A DNA stretch of 64,000 bases, from contig NW_003314336.1 in the NCBI RefSeq assembly GCF_000143415.4, positions 237,296 through 301,295 on the forward strand, written 5' to 3'. The notes below the pieces were generated by a model. That model had not been told where the DNA came from, did not search any database, and worked only from the letters and a program-made list of their open reading frames with translations. Shown here piece after piece: positions 51,601 through 64,000 of the stretch (its first letter is position 1; each line of letters begins with the position of its first letter). Made by a program: the position numbers and the translations under genes. This DNA comes from Selaginella moellendorffii. Its lineage: Eukaryota > Plantae > Lycopodiophyta.

Positions 51601-53848
51601 TGTAAGCGACTAAATTTTCCATTCTACTTTAGTCACTTAACCACACCTCTGACCATTTGGAGGAGTCTCATTCACAACCTCCATAAGTCCAATCCAGGAC
51701 TTGGGACTTGCTAGCCCCGAGAATGGCATCCATGCCACTCAACATTTGCACTTGGTCCAAGTGCTCCACGTGTCCAATCCCATGACCGACACTCAAAGGT
51801 ACCACCGACATAGCAGCCCGTTACGCTAAGGCCATGCCCAATCACCTTTGCCACACTGGTAGTCCAATACCACTTGCATCACCGTCTTGGCTCTCCAAGA
51901 CTAGGCAAACCATCCGTGAGTGGTCATCTCAGATCCACTCCTTAGCATCCTTAGGATGCCCACCGACAAGGGGAATAGCCTTCCCCAATATCCCTCTGTC
52001 AGTCCCCACTAAGTCCCTTTCTGCCCCTGGCCGTGTTTGCCAACACTGCCACTGGATCGAGACCCACAGGCCCGACCACTAAGTCCCACGGTCCTCTGGG
52101 CTTCCTCACCACACGACTGTGTCCTTTGTCACTACCCCAGAGGACTGCTCCTCTTCCTTTCCACAGTCTGGGCCTTTGGGACAACATTTCGGAACACCGT
52201 GGCCTTACGCGAGCCACCTGGGTACTCTCCTCGCCTTCTGCCCTTGGGTGCTCTAGCCATGGGCTTAGAGCGGGTTCCGTTGAGCCACACCAGGTATCCA
52301 AGTAGGTAGTGCCACCCACACTTGGACTGGGAGCATCGGCCAGTCGATCTCCCGGGGGAACTAGAGCCGGCTCTTGAACACTTCACCAAGCTGCCCCGCT
52401 TGTCGGTCTGTGTTCACTCTAGTCTTGGACTTCCCAGTGGGCAGCTCATCACCCAACACTGGGTCCGGCCTTCCTGGGCCAAACTGGCCTTTCCTGGCCA
52501 AACTGGCTCCACTGCAGTCCTCCCCCTACTATACTTTTGGAGCTCACCAAACCCCCCAGGGTCTGGGAGACGAACGCTTTGGGCTTTCACCCTCTCAGGC
52601 TCCGGACTCGNNNNNNNNNNNNNNNNNNNNNNNNNNNNNNNNNNNNNNNNNNNNNNNNNNNNNNNNNNNNNNNNNNNNNNNNNNNNNNNNNNNNNNNNNN
52701 NNNNNNNNNNNNNNNNNNNNNNNNNNNNNNNNNNNNNNNNNNNNNNNNNNNNNNNNNNNNNNNNNNNNNNNNNNNNNNNNNNNNNNNNNNNNNNNNNNNN
52801 NNNNNNNNNNNNNNNNNNNNNNNNNNNNNNNNNNNNNNNNNNNNNNNNNNNNNNNNNNNNNNNNNNNNNNNNNNNNNNNNNNNNNNNNNNNNNNNNNNNN
52901 NNNNNNNNNNNNNNNNNNNNNNNNNNNNNNNNNNNNNNNNNNNNNNNNNNNNNNNNNNNNNNNNNNNNNNNNNNNNNNNNNNNNNNNNNNNNNNNNNNNN
53001 NNNNNNNNNNNNNNNNNNNNNNNNNNNNNNNNNNNNNNNNNNNNNNNNNNNNNNNNNNNNNNNNNNNNNNNNNNNNNNNNNNNNNNNNNNNNNNNNNNNN
53101 NNNNNNNNNNNNNNNNNNNNNNNNNNNNNNNNNNNNNNNNNNNNNNNNNNNNNNNNNNNNNNNNNNNNNNNNNNTCCTCGAGCATTTCGTTGGGAGTTCC
53201 ACTCCCGCTCTTGACTTTTCAAGTCGGAGCTTTTGGTCCAAACGTGTTACGCTCGTTTGGCTCTCGCTTCGGCCACTACCATGTGGCGCCCTTCCAGCTC
53301 CACTTTGGGGCCTAGGGATTTTGTGTCTCACAACTCCACCACCCATAGACGAAGTTCGATGTCCTCATCGAACGGTGAACCATTTTATAAAGTAACACCC
53401 GCATGTGTTACCATTTCCATCCTTGGCGCGTAGCCAATATTTGTCAATGGTGTGACATTGAAGGCTCACCATGCCTTCTCCATATTCGTCAATGGTTGGA
53501 CATTGAAGGCTCACCATGCCTTTTGCATATCCTCTAAGGAGGGTAGTCTCTCCAACTTAGAGACTGATTGGACCACATATAGTGGTTCTCTCCTTTTATT
53601 GGTTTAGTTCTCGCTAAACCTCTTAGAGACCCTTCTCTAAATCAATCCCACTACTCCTTCTCGAGTAGTCTTAATTTCCATCGATATAACCTTTGCACTT
53701 TGGAACTTTGAATTTTGACTTCTTGGAGTCAATTTCAAGTCGGAGCTTTTGGTCCAAACGTGTTACGCTCGTTTGGCTCTCGCTTCGGCCACTACCATGT
53801 GGCGCCCTTCCGGCTCCACTTTGGGGCCTAGGGATTTTGTGTCTCACA
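51601..53848 (-). mobile_element. Internally deleted family-A LTR element nested in copy 3, 5-bp TSD CATAT
   Basis: TGTAAG...CTCACA termini; TSD at 51596-51600 and 53849-53853; full LTR 51601-53332, PPT, ~400 bp interior, ~115 bp of the second LTR. Confidence 0.88.
52611..53174. other. Assembly gap (N run) over the LTR-A microsatellite
   Basis: 564 N, with flanks matching both sides of the GGACTC array. Confidence 0.95.
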
Positions 53849-56800
53849 CATATATGTGTGTGTTCGCTGCAGTTTTAATCAGCGAGTCATCGATGATGAG
53901 GATTTCACTTGACCTAGCAGTCCGGTTCATCACTACAGCCTCTGGCTTGACGAAGATGGGCTTGCTACCCCTCACATGGACCATAGTTAAGCAATCCTCC
54001 TGCGTTAGGAGAAAGTCAAATGGTAATATTACTCACATCTGATCGTGCATCATCTATAGCAATGTTAATGCATTGTGGCGCATCATGGATGTCCAAACTC
54101 CTAATTGCAAATTGAACTCGGCCCTCTGTTTTAAGTGTCGCATGGTCATTATTAGATCCCGCAGTTTCTCCCGTGTGATTAATGTGAATCGTCTCTTTTG
54201 ATCAACTTGCGACCGCAGGCTTTGGAGGGTGCAATGAGATTCGAGGACGAGCCACACTCATGGGAGAAAAGGACACCGTTCAGATCAAAAACGATACAGT
54301 ACCTTCACCGTGACTCTGAAATGAAATGCGTCAGCATAAAAAATGGTATAAGTCAATTTTACCATCTACAATATTAGCGAATGGTGCTCCCGATGGTCGT
54401 TGAGAGGGTTTTGGTCGAGGAAATGTGAAGGGCGGAAATACTCTCCTCTGCAATGTGGGGTCAATCGCATCCGATGGCGTGTGGGCACATGCCATTTCAG
54501 CTGTAGACTCTGGTACAACTGGCTCAACAGTGGCATGGGGTGGTTCCGATGGCGTGTGATCACACGCCATTTCAGCTGGTGCCTCCGTTGGCAAAGTGGA
54601 CATGACCGAACAGGCAGCAGGGGCGGTGTAGGGAGGTTCCAACGGCGCGTAGTCAAACGATTGGGCACACGTTGAGTCCGTTGGAAATGAGGATACGACC
54701 GGCTCGGCGGCTGGGGCGGCCTCATGCGGGTCCAATGGCGCCTGGTCACCGTCAGTTGGATACGTGGACAAGATTGACTCAGTGGTATGGGCAGCATCAA
54801 GTGGAGCGTGGTCAGCTTGCTTGGCGTTGATATGGATAGTAGCCTCCACCAGCTCTGATGACTCTTGCAGGCAAGTAGAGTCCACTGGCGGATCCATATG
54901 CATGTCCAAATATCTCCCTTTGATTGAGATGGTATCCTCCCTACTGGCTACTAAAAACAAACTCATTAGCACATTGAATCGACTATACTGTATTTACCAT
55001 CAACTACTATTGAGGAACTAGGACCGATATCACTTGGGCGCACTGCTGATTCTGAAGGATTGGACATACGTTTCGACCCTTGCTTGGCACTATCCTTCCT
55101 CGACACTAAAGGCTAGAGTTTGTATCTTAATTCAACTGAATAATCTCTACTTACCATTTGCTCTACGACCTACATGGACAATGTTAGAAATGGTAAAAGG
55201 TTAGGAATGGATGTACTATTATTTACCTGATGGTTTGTCTTGTATGACCTTCCTCCGCTGCTCTTTGGCCACCTCAAGCTGGCCATCGTCGTTATCATCA
55301 TCGTCATCGTTATTGTGATCGTCACCATTGTGAGGACCATCCAAGTCCTCTTCGTCCTCCTCTTCTTCGTCCTCCTCTTCTTTGTCCTCCTCTTCGTCCT
55401 TCTGCTCTTCCTGCTCATTATCTTTCTCTGGCTCCTCATCCCCCTCCTGCATTTCTTCCATAGGCTGCTCAGGCTGGATGGCTTGTTCTTCCAGGACCAT
55501 CTTGGGAAAATCATCTGGCCGAGTCTCCATCTCAAAATACAAGACATCCATAGCCTGTTTTAGTGCGTGACCTAGGACCGTATCCTCACCCGACTGTCTT
55601 AACATGGTTTCTGCACGTTCTTGCACCCTTCGAAGACGACGAGATGAGAAAAACGTGGCCCTTACTTGAAAAGCATCCCTCATCCATTGTACCTCTCCAT
55701 TGAGATTGGGGAAGGGGAGTCCGCCATAGGAATCTGAGTCAGGAGGTGGTGACTGGCTACTTTCACTCAGCCCTTGATCTGCAATGAATGGCATGAGCAC
55801 ACACGCCATAACCGCGAGGCATTACCTATCATCTTTTCGTTGCCCTTCTTCCTTTTCGAATCAAACGCCTCTGATCCCGACAACTGTCCAACGTGCTTTC
55901 GCTTTTTATGACCACTGTCAGTTTGAGCTTGGCTGGTGCTTGCCTGTTTTGCCTTTGAAGAAGTGTCTCCTGCAAGGAATGGCATGAGACCACATGCCAT
56001 TGCAAATATAATTTATACCTCCTTTCTTCCTATTGCTTGTCTGTTTGTCCTTCTTCGACGCGCCACCAGTGCGCTTTTCAGTCCTCGTGTCTGAATATTC
56101 ACAACGATCTATAATCAAAATGGCGTGAGGCCTCACGTGACCTTACCTTGTGCAGGTTGTGAGCTCGGCCCAACATGGGTATCTTCAATAGTAGCTGTTA
56201 ACGCCGTTTCAGCATCTGGGGGTGGCCACGCTCCTGCATACAGAGCTTGTGAGATAACATTTAAACTTAAAGTGCGTACTCACCAGGTTCGTAGAGAAGA
56301 TACTGTTTTTCTTTGGCAACTGTAATTATATGTTCCATTGAAGTCACCTCTTCAATGGAGTTTGTCACCGCAACACACGGGACACCCTTGAGTAGTGCGG
56401 CTCGAAAGAATAGTTTGCCACAGTTGTACTCGATAACGCATTTGCCCTTGGAGTCACCCACTATTGCGTTGAAGACCCAGCTGAGCATTTCCCATGCTGC
56501 ACCTGGAGCTTTCTCTGGATTCGAAAGCTCCATAGCCGTCTTCAGTTCCTCAGGCACGGGTAAATTGACCTCCCTCAGATCAATTCGATCGGCCTTGTCG
56601 AACGAAGCTGGGAAGTCACTCCAGTCCCACTTTGCTGTAGGACCAATAACAAGGGCAAGTGTGAAGATGCGGACATTCGTCGGTATCTTCTTCTTAGCCA
56701 TTATCCCATGGATCTCCCGCATCTCCTTGCCTTTCAACCGAGCCTTCACCTCGTTCAAGGCCTTCCAGAACTTGTGATAGGATTCGGAGTTGTAGATCAT

Positions 56801-59800
56801 ATAGTGGACTGAAGATTCCACCTCCGCAAGTCCCACCATTAAGTCAATGATGGAGCTGACTTCGTCTGCATGAGTGATCTCCTCGTTTGTGAAGTCCATC
56901 ACACAAAAGATGTTCTTGACCTGCTCATCTCTGCGGGAAACGATGCTCCTCCACCTTTGATCCTCATCCGAATTCACGTATACCCGGTAAGGTTCTCGAT
57001 AGGCCTCTGCTGCGGGGTCAAGCTGTTTCTGAAGCCGGCGGTCGACATCCCTCTTAATGAAATTTGGATATTGATCCAACTTCTCAGCTTTACTTTTCGT
57101 GGCATCCCGCAGCAGATCGATGAACTTGGGGGCCCCCTTCATGTACTCGTCGATGTCTTCATTTGACAACTCCAGCTCTTCCATCATCTCTTGCGTGGTG
57201 TCGATGCTCACCCTCTCCATGGCCACTTGCTTGAAGATCCAATCCTTCAATAGCACACGAGCTCTCAAAGTCGTGCACAAGTCCTCGTATGTCACAATAT
57301 GGCCGGGAGTCATTTTGGTCTTGTTGAAGACTACCTCACCATGTAGAAGAGCATTAGCCACTGTCAGAAGGTCGTCATCATCTAGAGACCGCGAGAAACA
57401 CAAGGCGTTGAGCTTCAAATCATTGGGCTTCCGACTGTCCTCCACACCCATTGAGTTTAGCAACTCCCCGTCATAGTACCTCCTCAGCACATCTACCCAT
57501 TTGTCAAAAACAACTTTTGTTGTGAGTAGAATGTTATGGATGCTGAGTGTGTCATTGACCCCCAGTGTTTTCGAGAGAAGACTCGAGAATTCCTGCAATG
57601 GAAATGGCGTGAGGCCACATGCTATGCCACATGCAACGAGGCTTACCTGCCAGACGTTAGTTGCTAGTGCACGTCCTTGTCCTGGTTTTGTGGCTTCTTC
57701 AATTGAACCCAGAGCTTCCGTGTTCGTGCCAATGTCTCGTGCAGACCCGATTTGTAGCACGTTTCTTGCTTGACATTCTGCACGTGGGAGATGTATATGA
57801 TAGATCGGAGGGGCGAGTTGCCTTTTATCAGGCGGACAACTCTTGTCTTGAATCCTTCACCTCCTCACCCACCATAATATCCACAACTATCTCTTGCATC
57901 GCCAAGCTAGAATGCTGCCCGGAGACGGCATAGAACCGGATGTTCTGATCATTCAACACCTTCCTATTGATCAAGTCTGGAAACCTCGTCTCGCCCTTCA
58001 TTGTTCGGTAGTAGGGGATCACGTCTGCGATGTCGGGTGTTACTGGACTTGCCAACATCTTCTGCTTCAGTTTCTCCACCCACTCATCAGATACTAGCCT
58101 GTGGTTGTATTTGCTTTGGATGTCGATACGGCTCACGTCGATTGTATATACTTTGTTGGAATAGTAACAAGTACTATTATCTGCGACGATTTTTGTTGCC
58201 TCTTCTTGCTCTTTCTGCTATTTGCGGCTCTTCTTTTTGGTGGGTGTAGTGTTCAAACCAGAGGCAATGGCATCACCGAGTAGCTTCTTTTTTGGAGCAG
58301 GAGAGTCGGACGTCGGCTTGAGCTTGACCACCCTTTTCTGCTTCGGGGTAGTTTCCAGATCGACCCCCTTCCCCTTCGCTTCGCGAACTGGAGGCACTCT
58401 CAACGGCTCAATGTTGGAATATAGTTTTTGAACATCGCCGTAGGTGAGGTCCGTGGATTCCATGTGATCTTCATAGACCCGCAGCGTCTTTGAAATTGTG
58501 GGCCTCCTAGACAACCTCTCCCTAGCTCCCTCTAGGAATTCCTCATAGCCGCTGCCCGCCTCCGGGAAGCCGCTAGGATGTGCAAGGTGGACCTTGAAGG
58601 CGGACGCTGTCTCTACCACAAGTGCCAGTCCATATTCTTGCATGGAACTGCATAGAGTGTCTGTCATTTGGATGAGGATCCCCATGCATTCTTTTCTCCC
58701 ACCATCTGTGTTGTACAGCCTCAGATCCTCGCCTTCCATCCCGAAAGTCCAACTGATGAGCTCCTCCCCCTTCTCTGCATCCACATTGACAGTGGCTGGA
58801 AGAAGAACGCAATTCCTCGCCTGTTCAGAAATGCACAACAATTAGAGCTAACAGATGGAAAGCTAGCAACTGGAAATAATGTGAGGCCACACGCCATTCA
58901 CCACTGCATCAGATGTCTTGAGGCTGCATCCTAAGATGGCGTGAGGCTACATGCCATCTGTAACCGGACTGCACTCGAGAGCCCAATCGGTGCATGCCAA
59001 TGTTGCTACTGAATGGCATGTGGCCTCATGCCATTTTCTACTTGGCCTAAAAGACTTACCATTTGAAGCCGAATGGAGGTGTGACAATCGAGGCCAGACT
59101 CGCTGGCGAATGTGCGCTGTGTGTGCAGCGGATCGTAGCAGCAAAGCTACTCTGCCACTTACAGTTGGAGAGTGGCGCTGAAATCTCCCGGGACGCCAAG
59201 TGGGCTGCGTGTGGGTGGCGGAGTGGGCGGCGGAGTTGGCGGCAAAGTTACAAACTGGGTGTGTCTTGAAGTGGATGCCGATGCACATGAGCGCGATGCG
59301 AGCGCGAGTGTGATGCAAGCGCGAGTGGATGCCGATGCACACGAGAAACCTGTAGAGAAGGTAGATGAGCGTGAATGTGAGCGTGATCGTGAGTGGGAGC
59401 GCAATGCGAGCGCGAGTACGAAGCAAAATGCAAAACCTAACCTCACACGCGCGAAATGTCACGACGGTTGGTAATCCCGCAACGTCATCATTCCTCGGAC
59501 TTGGGCGCCACCATTAATTTCTGGATCGCCGCGCGCATGCATGCACGTGAAATCCAAAAAAAATCTGCAACGTCATCATTCCTCGGACTGCATGCACACG
59601 AAATCCAAAAGAAAGATCATGATTGGGATATCATTTAATACCCTCGCTATATTTATACCATGCATGATTGGATATTCCAAAGCATCTTGTATTTCCAAAA
59701 ATGCCAGATGTTCAGCTAAATAAAGAATGGTATACAATGTCCTTCTTGATGACCCTGCAAAGAAGCATCTAGATCGGACACCACATGAGACCACACGAGC

Positions 59801-61226
59801 CTTACAATGTTTCAGAGGCATTTGCCATAGATCCGACCATTATTTTGCTCCAAGATTCTACAGTTTGGTGTGCATTGACCTTTCCATCGACACTGCAAAG
59901 GGACATCACAATCAGATGCGGGATCACAAGAAACCAAATTCACTAACTCTAGTTTCACCAAGATCTACGTAAGGAGTTATGAAATGAAAGGACCCTCTCT
60001 ATTGAAATGTGTTTATGGTCCTAGAGGCATTGTGACATATCAAAGGATTTTGCATCAAGTTCTGTATTTGCATGTTTATCAAGCTACTAAATTGCTAAAC
60101 CCTAAACATGTGGCAAATGCTGCGTGAAGAAAGATGCCCTTTCTGGGCAAATGCTGTAAGATGCAGATGCCAAGCAGATGTATCTCAGGCTAGCGAAGGG
60201 GACAAACAAAAGCTAGCTATAAACATGACGGGATGCAAATAGATTACTAGGCTGGTCTTGCGAAAATCAAAAACCATAATTGAAAACATTGAAAATGCAA
60301 AAAGAAAGGTTTATAATATTTTTGAATTTTAAGCAACCAAAGGAATGTAAGTTGGGCATGTGTTTGTAAGTTTAAAAATGCCTCAACCACTTAAATTCCC
60401 AAGTAAATAAAGCTGTTTCTATTTTTGGTACAGGTAAACTTTATAGCGTGTGGGCTCATGCAATTTTGAACCCAAAAATGCACCAAAAAATGCTCGACTA
60501 GCATTATTCTTTAAATGGCGTGTGGCCTTATATTGCCATAAATGGACGTACACACACAGCATAATTATTCCTTTACACGGCGAATAATCTTGGCGCGGAT
60601 CGCTGACATGGCATGGCAAAGTTCGAATCACTGACATGGCACAGCTGGATCGAGGCAAGGACATGATGTGACAAAGTTCAACCTCCGACAGCAAAGTCTA
60701 GAAGCTACTCAGTTTGAAATTTGTCAGAGGAATCATAAGATCTGGTTTGTCAGAGGATTTGATGTGACGTTCAAGCATATGTTATTTTTGAATTCTCGAA
60801 CTCATTCCTAGGTCTATCATTTTTGTGTGTCATATTCTTGGTTCTGCTGAGCGCAGTGAGCATTGCTTGTGTAAGCGGAGTTGTGAGCTGTGGTTTATGC
60901 GTCTACGAGCGGTTGCGGCATTGCGAGCGCCATTGCAAGCGGCAGTTTATGTGAGTGGCAGTTTGTGCAAGCGACGCTACGAGCAGTTGCGGTGTTGCGA
61001 GCGGCGCTACGAGTAGTTGCGGTGTTGCGAGCGGCACTATCTTTGGTGTGGCTACCGCTTCCTCTTGATATTCGGCACTCGTGCTTCCTGGTATGTTCAC
61101 CATGGAATGGCTTAGGACCACATTTAGAAATGGCATGAGGCCACATGCCATCTTGGGCCCTTGCAATTTCATGGCTAGCATATTGTCATGTATGTTTTTA
61201 CTTGCCTGCAGCTGTGTGTATATCAA

Positions 61227-61420
61227 GATGGCATGAGGCCTCATGCCATCTTTGGCCCCTACTAGCCTATTGCCATATTCCTTTTGCCTTTGCTGCAACT
61301 GTATATATTTTTGTATGGGTGACTAGTCACGCATACAAAAATATATACAGTTGTAGCAAGGCAAAAGGAATATAGCAACAGGCTAGCAGGGGCCAAAGAT
61401 AGCGTGAGGCCTCATGCCAA
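61227..61420. repeat. Fold-back palindrome, copy 3
   Basis: Equivalent to 33811-34003. Confidence 0.88.
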
Positions 61421-61571
61421 TTTTGTGAATGCGAAATTCACGTGGGTATCAATAGCATGTTTGAATAATGGCATGTGGCCTCATGCTATTGAGGTTGTTT
61501 GGTATGTTATGATTTAGGCCATTCTCCAATCATTTTTTGTATGGTCTTAACTTCTTTTCTGCACTTTCAGA

Positions 61572-64000
61572 ATGGCCTCCGCAAGTGCGACGCATGTTCC
61601 CTCCGTGGATCTTAAGAACCGTGCTACATGGATTCAGGCAAAGGTCTTTCTAAACAACCCCGAGGGGGAGGTGGTAGCTGAGGGCTTAGCCACAGTTGTC
61701 GATCCAAGAGATGCGGTTGCTAATCAAGAATTGGGCTGGGATGATATTGGAGTTGCGATTTTAGAGGTTGTTGACACAGAAGAAAACAGTCTGACTATTG
61801 GAAGCATTGTGCGGTGGAAATTGAGGCACTTAGTGTTTGAGAATGTGAAGGATTCACAAGCAAACACCACTACAACTGATGACAGAACATCTCTTCATGG
61901 GAAAAGAAAGTACACCTTCCTAAAGCGCAGCCAAAGGGATCTGAGCAACGAACCGAAAAGGCAGAAAATGGCGATGGAGGTTCGAATGGTCTCGACAGTT
62001 GCTTGTTGCAAGAGGAGGTGCTGTCAACATGCTGATTGGGATGCTATTGAAGAGGAGAAAGCAAGATACAAGACATTGTCCTGGAAGGCAGCTCGCAATT
62101 TTGTGTATGAGGCATTACGGTCATCTGTTGATGCTTCAGAACATCAGGTGGGGGGCATGGTCTTCCAGAGGGGTTTGGTCTGCAAGAAGGCATGGAGAAT
62201 CATTTATGGAGTCCCTCGAACCACATTCTACACAATCAAAACTGAGTTCGAGGAACAAAGGGTTCAATAGGCAGTCCATGGGAACGACGGTACGCACAAA
62301 ACCAGGGGTCATGTTGTATATGGAGAGGGAATCTTCAAGAGGTTTGTCGAGACATGTAGCGAGCAGCAACCACATAAAACCCGCCTCTTGGAAGATGGAA
62401 CACGAGACACCCAACGAGTTCTCCCTTCCATGTATACCAAGGGGGCCATATTGGAAGATGTGAATCGGGAACTCCAGAGTAATGGCTACAGGAAGCTGAG
62501 CCAATCTAGATTTAGTAGATTGTGGAGCAACAGGTTCAAGGATGTGAGTATAGGAAAGTACTCCAGCTTTTCAAAGTGTGACGAGTGCACTGCTATCAAA
62601 ATGGCTTTGTCGAAGAATTCTTGCAGCGCTCAAGAGCGAGAGACGTTGGTTAGAAGGCGGCTCGACCACAACATCGAGCAGAGAAGCTGCAGGACTGCAT
62701 ATTATCATAACAGGATTCTCTCCATGGAGAGACCTGACTCTTACCTCTGCATCATCCACGACAAAATGGACCAGAAAAAGACGTGCTTACCTCGACTCAA
62801 TCCTGCCCCCAAGGCAATCTCTTCATCCATGCAGCTGCCTGTGTCTCTGTTTGGCATAATCGCTCATGGGCATGGTGCCCAGAACTATGGGAACTTCTTT
62901 GTACCTCTATGTGCAAACATGATGATTGCGTCCCTAGCAAAACACTTAAGGTCTCTGCAAAGTGCGCAGACTGAGCTGAACGGCCAACCCTTGCATAAGG
63001 CCCTTGTCAATCGAACCCCATACAGGGTTCAGCTGGAGGAGGAGCAAAGGCTTGCAGTATCGCGTGGGGCCCCATGCCATCCCAGTGAATATGTTGGCCG
63101 TCAGATTGTAGGGTTATCACGTGAGGCCTCATGCCATTCCGACGAGGCTGGTCGCCCGGTGAATGCACAGCCTCATCCAAACGAAGCAGAATCTCAAGGA
63201 AGTTCTTGCGGCCGATGTGGCCTTCCACCCTATCTTCTGCTCCAAACAGACAATGCTGGCAGTGAGAACAAAAACATGTACGTCTTCGCGTACTTGGCGA
63301 TGCTTGTTGCCAAAGGCATATTTGAAACGGTTACACTTGGCTTTCTCATGGTTGGGCACACTCATGAAGACGTCGATGCCATGTTCAGTCACCTGGCAGA
63401 GTCCCTCCGGCGATCCAATGTCCTCACCCTCCCACAACTCTACGATGAATTCCAAAATTGCATCAAAGGCACTGTTGAAGCTGCACTTCTGACAGAGGTT
63501 CCAGACTTTAAGGGGTTTGTAAGAGGCTACATCAAGGACGGATCCGAAACGCTGATTGGCCACTCCAAGCCTCTTCAATTTCATTTCAGCATGCGTGACA
63601 GTGCTCCAATGATGAGGTACAAGATGAGAGAATGGGACACAGTGTGGCTGCCAGTGGACGGCATTGAACTCTTCAAGAGAGATCCCATAACTGGGGAACC
63701 TATGATTCCTCAGGGTTCCCCACGGCCGATGCACCCGGATGGACTCAAAGACCAGGAAAGTATAGTGGCCGGGATTAGACAGCATATTGCCTTCTGGAAG
63801 AGGGGGTTGGTGTTTGGTGGAGAATCCTATTTTCAGAGGTGCAAGCCTTTGATCGAATACTGGGAGAAGATTATATCTGCTATCCAAAATGGGCCGGTTG
63901 TATATGAAGAATTGGAAGAGTCCTTTTGGCCAGAACCCAGAGCACCAGATAGTAGTGGAACAATGTCCTCTGGAAATGCAGTGACAGATAACGATGTTGA
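61572..64000 (+). pseudogene. Sola-like transposase, copy 3 (in-frame N-terminal deletion, stop at 62268, cut by window end)
   Basis: MA joined directly to SASATHVP; same catalytic motifs. Confidence 0.85.

Larger units (their letters stand above)
51201..59062 (-). pseudogene. Multi-exon cargo gene, copy 3 (LTR insertion in the phosphatase exon, frameshifts, stop at 58218)
   Basis: Same exons as copies 1 and 2; ORF 56267-57760 reads through the positions of the copy 1 and copy 2 stops. Confidence 0.75.
50759..64000 (+). mobile_element. Giant Sola-like DNA transposon, copy 3 (runs off the window)
   Basis: Left TIR 50759-50782; collinear with copies 1 and 2; predicted TSD CAAA (50755-50758). 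Confidence 0.9.

Noticed and set aside
52322-53395. Long ORFs with X runs
   Set aside because: Artefact of the N gap.
3976-64000. Three copies as a simple segmental duplication
   Set aside because: Similarity stops exactly at the TIRs and each copy has different flanks.

Overview
Eukaryotic, repeat-only window, probably from a land plant (TTTAGGG repeats, ~50-nt spliceosomal introns); no host gene is recognisable. It is a nest of LTR retrotransposons. Family A is on the minus strand, has ~1.7-kb LTRs with GGACTC microsatellites and a non-coding interior. Family B is Ty3/gypsy with a truncated gag-pol. Three near-identical copies of a ~14-15 kb DNA transposon have inserted into this nest (3976-18686, 24984-38889, 50759->64000), with 24-bp TIRs and a 4-bp TSD on copy 2. 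Each copy carries two divergent genes. One is a ~1,030-aa Sola-like DDD transposase. The other is a ~1,650-aa, 11-exon protein that I read as a ParB-like domain, a degenerate amino-DNA-methyltransferase-like domain, an acidic/Pro-rich linker and an FCP1/NIF-type HAD phosphatase. A 22-bp palindrome (ATGGCRTGWGGCCWCAYGCCAT) occurs more than 20 times per complete element, in short introns, UTRs and coding exons, and was not seen in the flanking retroelements. The ParB-like cargo protein plus parS-like palindromes in a plant transposon is the main candidate for an undescribed system. All domain calls are by-eye motif recognition, not database searches.
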